A stretch of DNA of 64,000 nucleotides, from contig CAMTXC010000010.1 in assembly GCA_947085635.1 (NCBI GenBank), positions 18,151-82,150 of the forward strand. Reading direction: 5' to 3'. Shown here in pieces: positions 9,690 through 17,808 of this stretch. Source of the stretch: an uncultured Actinomycetes bacterium. Its GTDB lineage: Bacteria; Actinomycetota; Thermoleophilia; RBG-16-64-13. The notes beneath the pieces are model-generated. The model saw nothing but the letters and a program-made list of their open reading frames with translations, had not been told where the DNA came from and made no database searches. The position numbers and the translations under genes are program-made. Numbering within the stretch: the stretch's first letter is position 1; each line of letters opens with the position of its first letter.

Positions 9690-10601
9690 CTACTCGACCG
9701 TGGTTGTCGACGTCTCGCCCGCGGGAGAGACCGAGTACCCAACGTCCTTCTTCGCTTGGCTGAAGAAGGCTGTGTACCGGGCCACAGCGAAGAGCTCGTA
9801 ATCCACGACGTTGTAGGTATAGGTGCCGGCCGCGACCTCTTGTTCGATCTCGATGAATTCGCGGGCGTCTATGGGCACGAACTTCACTCGGTCGCCCGGC
9901 TTCAGCAGAACAGGCGACTTGGCGAACGGCGCAAACTTCTGGGCTCCGTCCCAGATCGGCACCGGCGTGCGGCCGAAGATCTGATAGCCGCCCGGCGTAT
10001 TGACCGGGTAAATAGCCGTGCAGGAGCCGCCCATGCCCACGGTGCCCTGGGGCGTCCACGTACGCGGGGGGTTGTACTTGGGCACGGTGAGCACGTACCG
10101 GGGGTCCAGGGACATCATGAAGGGCAGGCCCGGCCAGAAGCCCACTGCGGCCACCCAGTATTGAGGCGTAGAGTGCACCTTGATGAGTTCGCGCACGTCA
10201 CGCAGACCGTTCAGGCGGGCGGTAGCCTCCGGGTTGGGCTCGATCAGCTTGATCTTCTTGCGGTAGTCGTCCACAGCTGCCTTCGTCCACGGGTCGTCGT
10301 AGCAGCAGGGCAGCTCCACGAGCCGTGACGGCAGGGTGATGTCGGCCGTCGAGCCGAGTGAGGCCACCCGCTCGGCCAGAGCCGCCTTCAGTGTGGCGAA
10401 GTCGGTCTCCTCGGGCTCGTAGTGGACCAGGAGGGTAGCGAACGACGGCACCGTCTCGACCACGCCCGGTATCGGCTCGTTGGCGACCGTCTCCGCCAGC
10501 CCGAGGGCCTTGAAGTTCAGATCGAGGTTCATCTCGTCTCCGAACTCCAGCAGCAGGTAGCGGTCGCCGGAGTAGAGATAGCGCGGCTCCTCGAAGATCA
10601 T
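9690..10601 (-). CDS. pxpB: KipI/allophanate hydrolase subunit 1 family (5-oxoprolinase subunit B-like) with roughly 60-aa C-terminal extension
   Basis: 303 aa; MIFEEPRYLYSGDRYLLLEFGDEM... KipI fold; 4-nt overlap with accC stop; longer than usual KipI (about 220-250 aa). Confidence 0.8.
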   Translation of the reverse strand: MIFEEPRYLYSGDRYLLLEFGDEMNLDLNFKALGLAETVANEPIPGVVETVPSFATLLVHYEPEETDFATLKAALAERVASLGSTADITLPSRLVELPCCYDDPWTKAAVDDYRKKIKLIEPNPEATARLNGLRDVRELIKVHSTPQYWVAAVGFWPGLPFMMSLDPRYVLTVPKYNPPRTWTPQGTVGMGGSCTAIYPVNTPGGYQIFGRTPVPIWDGAQKFAPFAKSPVLLKPGDRVKFVPIDAREFIEIEQEVAAGTYTYNVVDYELFAVARYTAFFSQAKKDVGYSVSPAGETSTTTVE

Positions 10602-11971
10602 TGGGCGCTCCTTCTTCCGGTTCCATTGGCGAACAAGCGTTGCAGATAGTAGGTGTCGGTCTCACCGTCCGCGAAGGCCGGATCGGCCATGATGCCCTTG
10701 TGCAGGCCGATGTTGGTGGCGATCCCCTCGACCACGAAGCCGTCGAGCGCGTCGCGCATGCGAGAGATAGCCTGCGTCCGATCGGCTCCCCAGGTGATGA
10801 GCTTCGCGATCATGGGATCATAGTAGTAGGAGACCTCGTAGCCTGCGCTCACCCCGGCGTCCACGCGCACGCCGTCGCCTGTGGGGAGCTCCAAGGCGGT
10901 GATCTTGCCGGGGGAGGGCAAGAAGTTCTTGTCTGGGTCTTCCGCGTAGATGCGGCACTCGATCGCGGCCCCCGTTGTCGTGACCTCGTCCTGCGCGAAA
11001 CCGAGGGGCTCGCCGGCCGCCACCTTGAGCTGCAGCTGGACCAGGTCGCGGCCGGTGACCATCTCGGTGACCGCGTGCTCTACCTGTATACGAGTGTTCA
11101 TCTCCAGGAAGTAGTACGACTCGTCGGCGTCCATGAGGAACTCGACCGTGCCCGCATTGACGTAGCACACCGACTCAGCCGCCTTGACCGCGTCGGCCCC
11201 CATCCGCGCGCGGGTCTCGGGCGACAACCGGGGAGAGGGCGACTCTTCCACCACCTTCTGATATCGGCGCTGGATGGAGCACTCCCGCTCGAAGAGATGC
11301 ACCACCTTCCCGCCCTTGTCGGCGATGACCTGGAACTCCACGTGACGCGGCTCCGGGATGAAGCGCTCGAGGTACAGCAAGGGGTCGCCGAATGCGGCTT
11401 GGGCCTCACGATGAGCCCGCTTGAGGTTCTCCTCCAGCTGTTCGGGCCCGTTGATGACGTGCATGCCGATGCCCCCGCCTCCGGCCGCGGCCTTTACGAT
11501 GACCGGGTAACCCAGCTTCGCAGCCATCTCGCCGATGCCGTCGTGCAGGTCGCGCGAGGCCTCAGAACCCGGGATCAAGGGCACACCGGCCTGCCCGACG
11601 ACCAGGCGGGCGTGGGCCTTGTCGCCCATCGTGCGGATGGACTCGTGTCCGGGGCCGACGAACACATAGCCCTCGGCCAGGCAGCGCTCGGCAAAGATGA
11701 AATTCTCGGCCAGGAAGCCGTATCCCGGATGGACGGCGTCGACCTTCGCCACCCGGGCCACCTCGAAGAGCCTGTCTTGGTTCAGATAGCTCTGCGGGGC
11801 CGGAGGCGGTCCGATATTGTGGGCCTCGGTGGCCATGGACACGTGGGGCGCGTCCTTGTCGGCATCACTGTACACCGCGACCGTTGCGATACCGAGGGCC
11901 TCGCACGCCCGGATCACGCGGCAGGCGATCTCCCCCCGATTCGCGACAAGAACCTTGTTGAACACCAGCAC
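10598..11971 (-). CDS. accC: biotin carboxylase (ATP-grasp)
   Basis: KVLVANRGEIACRVIRACEALGI..., ATP-grasp and BC C-terminal domain; GTG at 11971 or more likely GTG at 11965 (AGGAGG 8 nt upstream). Confidence 0.85.
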   Translation of the reverse strand: MLVFNKVLVANRGEIACRVIRACEALGIATVAVYSDADKDAPHVSMATEAHNIGPPPAPQSYLNQDRLFEVARVAKVDAVHPGYGFLAENFIFAERCLAEGYVFVGPGHESIRTMGDKAHARLVVGQAGVPLIPGSEASRDLHDGIGEMAAKLGYPVIVKAAAGGGGIGMHVINGPEQLEENLKRAHREAQAAFGDPLLYLERFIPEPRHVEFQVIADKGGKVVHLFERECSIQRRYQKVVEESPSPRLSPETRARMGADAVKAAESVCYVNAGTVEFLMDADESYYFLEMNTRIQVEHAVTEMVTGRDLVQLQLKVAAGEPLGFAQDEVTTTGAAIECRIYAEDPDKNFLPSPGKITALELPTGDGVRVDAGVSAGYEVSYYYDPMIAKLITWGADRTQAISRMRDALDGFVVEGIATNIGLHKGIMADPAFADGETDTYYLQRLFANGTGRRSAQ

Positions 11972-12139
11972 CCCCTCCTGGATGAGTCCGCATAGGTGGG
12001 ACCCACGCGTAGGACTCGGAAACCGAAAACACTACGGATCTAGGCACGCGCAATAGGCCCCACCCCCTCGTGGATGCCCGCAGGCGCAGATCGGTGGCCA
12101 AACGCCCGTATCGCCCCGGGCCGGTTCACCTGCGGATGT

Positions 12140-12232
12140 CCCCCGAGTGCGTGACCCGCGACCGGGCACAACGCACCGCTCGCTGAGTGTACGAGAGCGC
12201 ACTATCTCAGGGCCATAGTCGCCTAGAACAAC
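12140..12232 (-). repeat. conserved bipartite upstream element, copy A (second copy at 22651-22732)
   Basis: Top strand 12184-12232 TGAGTGTA-N16-CAGGGC-c-ATAGTCGC-ct-AGAACAA plus CCCCCGAGTGCG at 12140-12151. Identical blocks and identical spacing at 22684-22732 and 22651-22662. Confidence 0.5.
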
Positions 12233-12259
12233 AACAGCACGCCGCTTTGTGCCCCCGGA

Positions 12260-14092
12260 CTATTTCGGCCGTTCGCGCTTCTCCCGGCGCCGCGTCGCGG
12301 CCAGCTCCCCGGGGAGCACCACCGCCGGATACCCTACCAGCAGATTGCCGAGCCCGCTGCCGGGGTCGATCTCCGCCGCGACGTCCACGCCCGTGAGCGC
12401 GGACCCAGCGCCCGCAAGGGCGGCGGGGCCAAGCGAATCAAGCATCGCCTCCGCACGGAACGCGAGGTACAAGTCGGCGACGACCCGTGTGGTATCGAGC
12501 GACGACCCCAGCAACGCCTCCGCCTTCCGGAGCCGGTACCGCAGGGTGTTCGGGTGGATGAAGAGCCGGCTCGACGCCTCTCGAACGTCTCGGTCGACCT
12601 GCACATACATCCGCATTGTCCGCAGCAGGGTGTCGTTGTGCTCTTTGTCGTGGATGGCGAGCGCCGATAGGCCCGCATCGGCCAGGGCCCGCAGCCGCGA
12701 GACCTCGAGACCGAACAAGAACGAGGCCGTCGGGCCCAGGTCGAAGAACAGGCGCACGCGGTGGTCGTCGCCGTCGCGACGCGCCACCGCCAGAGCCTCC
12801 TGAGCCTCCGCATACGACCTCGGCATCGCCTCCGTGGCTCGATGTATCGCAGATGCGCCCAGTGCCAGATCCGACCCTGGAAACACACCGAGCAACCGCT
12901 CGCGCAGCTCCTCCAACACAGTGCGCAGCTCGGTCGGGGTCCTCGCACCGAGCTGGGCGGCCGCGACCACCACCCCCGAACGGACCATCGACAGTATGGG
13001 CGCCTTCCGGAGGGAGAAGAAACTCCCCACCGCGTCCTCGAGATCGTTCAGGAGATCACTCTGCTTCGGCTCCGAAGGGCGGGAGGGAGGGTCGGCGCGG
13101 CCCCGGTCACCGGGGCCACACATGAGCACCAGGTAGTCCAGGACCGGATCGAACCCGAAATGCATCGCCTGCTCCCGCAGGTCGTCTGGCCGGCCCAGGC
13201 CGAGCACCAGATCGTCGAGCAGCCCTCCCCGCATCTGCCGCCACAGCTGCTCGGCTTCCCGGCTCTTCATGGCCTCGAGCGATAGCAGCTTCTGCGCGTA
13301 CGACGCGATGACCACGGTGAACTCGGGAACGTGTTCTTTCTCTGAGTAGGCAATCGCCAAGACCCGCTCGAGGCGACCGTTGCTCCACACATCCCTGAAC
13401 AGTACCTGCATGCCGTCCACGGCGTGGACCCGCAAGATGTCGGACGCCGGGTCGTCCAGGCGCGGCTCGTAAGCCTCCCAGATGCGGGCTACCGCCTCTG
13501 GAGGCATCCGAGGGCCCTTCTCGGTCATACAAGCTACTCTGCCCACGTGATCGAACAACACCACCGTGGCCGAGAGCAACACGGCCAGGCTGGACACCAG
13601 GTAGTCGGTGCCCCGCTCCTCGAGCAACGCGCTGAGCAGGTGGGCCTGCACCGACAGCCGGCGTCGGAGAAGGTACACGTTGCGGTTCACCAACGAGTCA
13701 AGGATGAACGACGTCACTGCCTTGAACGGGGTCTCGAAAGGCACTTCGAACACCGCAAACCCGATTGCGTCGGCCTCTTCCAGGAGCGCCGCCGGAGTCT
13801 GGTGCATGTAGATGCCTACCCCGAGCCCGAGGGCGGACATGCCGCCCCCGGCCAGGACCCGGACCAGCCTGCTCTGCAGCTCCGGACTGTCCCGTATGCT
13901 CATTCCCGTCGTGAGCAGGACGTCTCCCGGATTGATCCAACGCGTAGGGTCGGGTATCTCAGAGGTGTGCACGCCCAACACCAGCCTGCCCACTCCTTGA
14001 TGCCCGGCAACCAGCCGCAGACCGAGGTCGCTTTCGGCGAAGAGATCCTCGACCGTCAGCCTGCTGGCAGCTTGCGGGTGGGTCGAACGCAC
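12260..14092 (-). CDS. PucR family transcriptional regulator
   Basis: 610 aa; PucR N-terminal LTVEDLF..LGLRLVAG motif, GGDEF-like middle, C-terminal HTH (IHPNTLRYRLRKAEALLG); GTG start. Confidence 0.75.
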   Translation of the reverse strand: MRSTHPQAASRLTVEDLFAESDLGLRLVAGHQGVGRLVLGVHTSEIPDPTRWINPGDVLLTTGMSIRDSPELQSRLVRVLAGGGMSALGLGVGIYMHQTPAALLEEADAIGFAVFEVPFETPFKAVTSFILDSLVNRNVYLLRRRLSVQAHLLSALLEERGTDYLVSSLAVLLSATVVLFDHVGRVACMTEKGPRMPPEAVARIWEAYEPRLDDPASDILRVHAVDGMQVLFRDVWSNGRLERVLAIAYSEKEHVPEFTVVIASYAQKLLSLEAMKSREAEQLWRQMRGGLLDDLVLGLGRPDDLREQAMHFGFDPVLDYLVLMCGPGDRGRADPPSRPSEPKQSDLLNDLEDAVGSFFSLRKAPILSMVRSGVVVAAAQLGARTPTELRTVLEELRERLLGVFPGSDLALGASAIHRATEAMPRSYAEAQEALAVARRDGDDHRVRLFFDLGPTASFLFGLEVSRLRALADAGLSALAIHDKEHNDTLLRTMRMYVQVDRDVREASSRLFIHPNTLRYRLRKAEALLGSSLDTTRVVADLYLAFRAEAMLDSLGPAALAGAGSALTGVDVAAEIDPGSGLGNLLVGYPAVVLPGELAATRRREKRERPK

Positions 14093-14195
14093 GTGCCGCC
14101 TCCTCTCGCAGACTACAGCCTAGCTGCGCAGTTTATCAGGCGTCAACCGGCCTTCGGGCTCCCACGCCCATTAGGCCTTTGGTAGACTGACCGGG

Positions 14196-14786
14196 ATGCA
14201 GTCCGCACCGAACCTGGGGGCTATCTTGGATCCAGATACCAACCTGCCCGAGGCTGTGCTTTTTCTCATCTCCGATCCGAAGAAGTGCACGGGCTGCCAC
14301 AGCTGCATGCTGATGTGTGCACTCGCACATGAAGGCAAAGCTCAGTTCAGTACCTCTCGCATACTGATCTCGGAAGACCGGTTCGGATCGTTCCCGGTAG
14401 ACATCACGATTGGCACCTGCCGTCAGTGTAAGGATCCGGCCTGTCTCAGTGCATGCCGCGTGGGGGCCATATACATTGATCAAGAGCACTTCGGCGCCCG
14501 TGTGATCGACCCGGAGCTGTGCACGGGGTGCAAGAGGTGTGTCAATGCCTGCCACTTCTACCCGAGTCGCGTCCGTTTTCAGGCTCAGTTAAAGAAGGCC
14601 GTGAAGTGCGACCTCTGCCGGGACACGCCTTACTGGGAGCACGAGAGAGGTCAGCTGGCCTGCGTGGAAGTGTGCCCGGTGAATGCCCTCGCCTCCACCA
14701 CTGAGACGCCGCTCGGGCTCTCGGGGTACGAGGTCAACCTCCGGCGCACGGGCGGCTGGAGCAAGCTCGACCTGCCTACCGACTAG
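14196..14786 (+). CDS. 4Fe-4S ferredoxin-type electron-transfer subunit (DmsB/AorA-like, four Cys clusters)
   Basis: Motifs CTGCHSCMLMC, CRQCKDPACLSAC, CTGCKRCVNAC, CDLC...CVEVCP. Confidence 0.75.
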   Translation: MQSAPNLGAILDPDTNLPEAVLFLISDPKKCTGCHSCMLMCALAHEGKAQFSTSRILISEDRFGSFPVDITIGTCRQCKDPACLSACRVGAIYIDQEHFGARVIDPELCTGCKRCVNACHFYPSRVRFQAQLKKAVKCDLCRDTPYWEHERGQLACVEVCPVNALASTTETPLGLSGYEVNLRRTGGWSKLDLPTD

Positions 14787-14793
14787 GAGCCCA

Positions 14794-16839
14794 ATGAACG
14801 GCTACGCGGGCAACATCCTGAGGATCGACCTCACCAACAGGACGACCGAGATCGTCCCAACCGAAACGTACAAGGACTGGGGCGGCGGCCACGGCCTCGC
14901 CGCCGCGCTCTTCTTCGATCTGGTGCCGGACAAGACCGTCGGCTGCTTCGACCCCCGCAACACACTCGTGATCGCTCCCGGGTTGTTCGCGGGCACACTC
15001 GTTCCGGGCTCGTCCCGGGCCGAACTTGTGGGCATTCAGGCCCAGTCGTATCCGCACGAGTGGTTCGGCCGCTCCAACTGCGGGGGCCGTTTTCCGGCAA
15101 TGCTCAAGTATGCGGGCTACGACGCCCTGGTGCTGGAAGGCGCCGCCGACGCGCCGACGTGGGTGCACATCTCCGATGGCGCCATCACGTTTCATGACGC
15201 TACCGGCCTGTGGGGACTCAACACCTTCGACACGCAAAAGGCGATCGTGGGCAAGATCGGCGTCACGAATGAGGGTGAACGGCCCGTTGTCCTGGCCATC
15301 GGTCCGGCCGGAGAGAACCTCAGCCGCATCGCCACCATCCAACACGACGCCGGCTGCGCGTTCGGCCAAGGTGGTTTCGGTGGCGTCTGGGGTTCCAAGA
15401 AGCTGAAGGCCATCAGCATGATCGGCACGGGGGGGGTCCCCATAGCCGACCCCGGTGGCTTGATTGACGCCCGTCTCTGGTCGGAGCGCACCTACTCCTA
15501 CGACGCCGACATGCCCCGAGTGCACCAATGGCAGGAATTCATCACCTCGCACTTCGGCGGGCACCCGAACCGCCAGTGGGTGCCCTTCGAGAAATCGACC
15601 CGGCGGACCTCGGGCTGCTGGAACTGCCATCTAAACTGTAAGCCCAAGACCGCCAGCCAACTGGGCAACTCCGCCCATTGCATCACCGCCCTTTTCTACC
15701 AGGACTGGGACCTCGAGAGGCACGGGAGGGTCACCGAGATCTCGGGCAAGGCGGCCAACCTGCTGGGCGAGCTGGGCATCAATGCCTTTGAAGCCTACGA
15801 GCTCGTCGCGTACCTGCACACCCTCCGTGAGGGGGGCGAGCTTGGCCCGGGCAAGAGGGTCCACACCACTCTGCCATTGGACGACATCGGCGAGATGCGC
15901 TTCATCGAAGATCTGCTGCATCGCATCGCCTACCGCATCGAGATCGGAGACGACCTCGCGGAGGGGCTGCCGCGGGCAGCGGAGCGCTGGGGGCGGCTCG
16001 ACCAGGACCTCGCCACCGGCGACCTAAAGGCGCCGTTCTGGGGCTATCCCATCCACTACGATCCGCGCACCGAGGTCTACTGGGGCTACGCGTCGCTCCT
16101 GACGAGCCGTGACGTCAACTGCCACGATTTCAACGTGGCGGCCTTTTGGATGCCCACCTTGGACATCATGAACGACCGGGAGCCCCTGCTCACCGCCGCA
16201 GAGGTGGCGGACGTCATCGCCGAGAAGACGGTGCCCTACTGCGACCCGTTTATGATCGACTTCTCGGACGAGAACCTGTACTCGATCCACATGGCACGGA
16301 CCACAGCCTGGCTACTGCACTACAGTCTGTTCTGGAAGCAGTCATGCGGACTTTGCGACAACGCCTATGCCGACTTCATCAACCCCTACGGGCCGAACAA
16401 CCGCGGCTTGACCCCGGAAGGCGAGGTTCGCTTCTACCGAGCGGTCACCGGACATGAACTCGACTTTGCCCAGTCCCTGGAACAAGGCCGGCGCATTCTC
16501 AATCTCGACCGAGTGATCTGGACCTTGCAGGGCCGGCACCGCGACCAAGAGGTCTTCCCTTCCTTCGTCTACGACGTCGACGCGGTGGGTACGTCGTACG
16601 TGCCGGGCAAGGCCGCCGCCTACTACTGCCCGGTATACGTCGACGGGCAGTGGTCCTATCAGAACGTGGTGCCTCGGAGACTTGATCGAGAAGGGGTGGA
16701 GCAGTTCAAGACGCTGTTCTACGAACTCGAGGGCTGGGACTCGTCGTCCGGGCGGCCCACGGTCGATGGCTTAAGGGCCATCGACTTGGAGCGGGCAGCC
16801 GATGCACTCGAAGCCGCCCAAAGCAAGTTGGTGGGCTAA
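14794..16839 (+). CDS. aldehyde:ferredoxin oxidoreductase family (tungsten/bis-pterin) enzyme
   Basis: Start moved to ATG 14794 (AGGAG SD, 5-nt spacer). N-terminus MNGYAGNILRIDLTNRTTEIVPTETYKDWGGGHGLAAALFF and ...AIGPAGENLSRIATIQHDAGCAFGQGGFGGVWGSKKLKAI match AOR N-terminal and cofactor-binding domains; 681 aa. Confidence 0.85.
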   Translation: MNGYAGNILRIDLTNRTTEIVPTETYKDWGGGHGLAAALFFDLVPDKTVGCFDPRNTLVIAPGLFAGTLVPGSSRAELVGIQAQSYPHEWFGRSNCGGRFPAMLKYAGYDALVLEGAADAPTWVHISDGAITFHDATGLWGLNTFDTQKAIVGKIGVTNEGERPVVLAIGPAGENLSRIATIQHDAGCAFGQGGFGGVWGSKKLKAISMIGTGGVPIADPGGLIDARLWSERTYSYDADMPRVHQWQEFITSHFGGHPNRQWVPFEKSTRRTSGCWNCHLNCKPKTASQLGNSAHCITALFYQDWDLERHGRVTEISGKAANLLGELGINAFEAYELVAYLHTLREGGELGPGKRVHTTLPLDDIGEMRFIEDLLHRIAYRIEIGDDLAEGLPRAAERWGRLDQDLATGDLKAPFWGYPIHYDPRTEVYWGYASLLTSRDVNCHDFNVAAFWMPTLDIMNDREPLLTAAEVADVIAEKTVPYCDPFMIDFSDENLYSIHMARTTAWLLHYSLFWKQSCGLCDNAYADFINPYGPNNRGLTPEGEVRFYRAVTGHELDFAQSLEQGRRILNLDRVIWTLQGRHRDQEVFPSFVYDVDAVGTSYVPGKAAAYYCPVYVDGQWSYQNVVPRRLDREGVEQFKTLFYELEGWDSSSGRPTVDGLRAIDLERAADALEAAQSKLVG

Positions 16840-16882
16840 CCCGGCGCCGCCCGAGCCGGTCCTGCGGTTGAGCGGCCACTTG

Positions 16883-16935
16883 TGCAAGATGGGCCGCTTG
16901 GGAGCATCCCCGGGCGGCCCGTCTTGCATCTTTCG
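16883..16935 (+). terminator. intrinsic terminator hairpin between convergent AOR and ABC permease genes
   Basis: TGCAAGATGGGCCGC (16883-97), 16-nt loop, GCGGCCCGTCTTGCA (16914-28, 1 mismatch), then ATCTTTCG. Confidence 0.5.
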
Positions 16936-16954
16936 CACGCCGGCGACGTAGACG

Positions 16955-17806
16955 CTACCGGATCTCTTCCTGGATTCCCCGTCCGCGCGCACGTCTTCTC
17001 ACGCTGATTGCAATAAGAATCGCGAACACTGCTAATAAAGCGAACGAGAACAAGGTCGACAGCACCCCGAAAGCAAACAGGTTGGGGTGAATCTCAATGC
17101 CGAACTGGCCGTAGATCGTCAATGGCAGCGTGGCTTGCGGACCGCCCGCGAACATCGTGCGCGGGAACTCATCGTAACTCAAGGTGAACGCGATGAGCAG
17201 CGAGGTCAGGATTCCCGGGAACACCAGCGGGAAGGTGATCTTCCTGAAAGTTGTGGCAGCACCCGCGCCCAAGCTGGCGGACGCCTCCTCGACCGAACGA
17301 TCGAAACGGTTGAAGATGGCCAGCATCACGAGGAACGAGAACGGGAAGGTGTAGATCACGTGCACGATGTAGCCCGTAAGCCACCAGTGCTTAGTAATCT
17401 CGAGCTGGTTGCAGACCAGCGCCACGCCGAGTCCGACCAGGACACCCGGCACGATGAAGCCCAGCATGACCAGATAGAAGAGCACGCCCAGGTGCTTGAA
17501 TCGGTGCCGGAATGCCTGCGCGGTGATCGTGCCGAGCACGGTCGCCGTCACCATGACCATGAAGGCCAGAATCAACGAACGCACCAGCCCGGGGCCAACC
17601 GGAAGAGGCGCCGCCCGAGAGGTCCCGATGAGGCCGAGAAGCTGCTGATACCAGTACACTGAGAAACCGCGCAGCGGAAACTGCGGTCCGCCATTCGAGG
17701 GCTGGAAGCTTAGGATGCCCATCACAATGAAGGGTCCGTAGAGGAAGAGAAGGAAGAGCGCGTAGTAGGCGGTCAGCACGCCCTTCAAGAAGGGGGACTT
17801 GTACAC
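16955..17806 (-). CDS. ABC transporter permease (PotC-like)
   Basis: Start moved to GTG 17806 (GGAAGGAGG SD, 7-nt spacer) giving VYKSPFLKGVLTAYYALF...; 6 TM; EAA-like loop LGAGAATTFRKITFPL. Confidence 0.75.
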   Translation of the reverse strand: MYKSPFLKGVLTAYYALFLLFLYGPFIVMGILSFQPSNGGPQFPLRGFSVYWYQQLLGLIGTSRAAPLPVGPGLVRSLILAFMVMVTATVLGTITAQAFRHRFKHLGVLFYLVMLGFIVPGVLVGLGVALVCNQLEITKHWWLTGYIVHVIYTFPFSFLVMLAIFNRFDRSVEEASASLGAGAATTFRKITFPLVFPGILTSLLIAFTLSYDEFPRTMFAGGPQATLPLTIYGQFGIEIHPNLFAFGVLSTLFSFALLAVFAILIAISVRRRARGRGIQEEIR

Positions 17807-17808
17807 TG

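Noticed and set aside
10601-11995. 464-aa ORF antisense to accC
   Set aside because: Mirror-frame artefact. accC on the minus strand has complete ATP-grasp motifs.
14776-15630. 284-aa minus-strand ORF inside AOR gene
   Set aside because: Antisense to a strongly supported AOR-family CDS; composition is junk-like.
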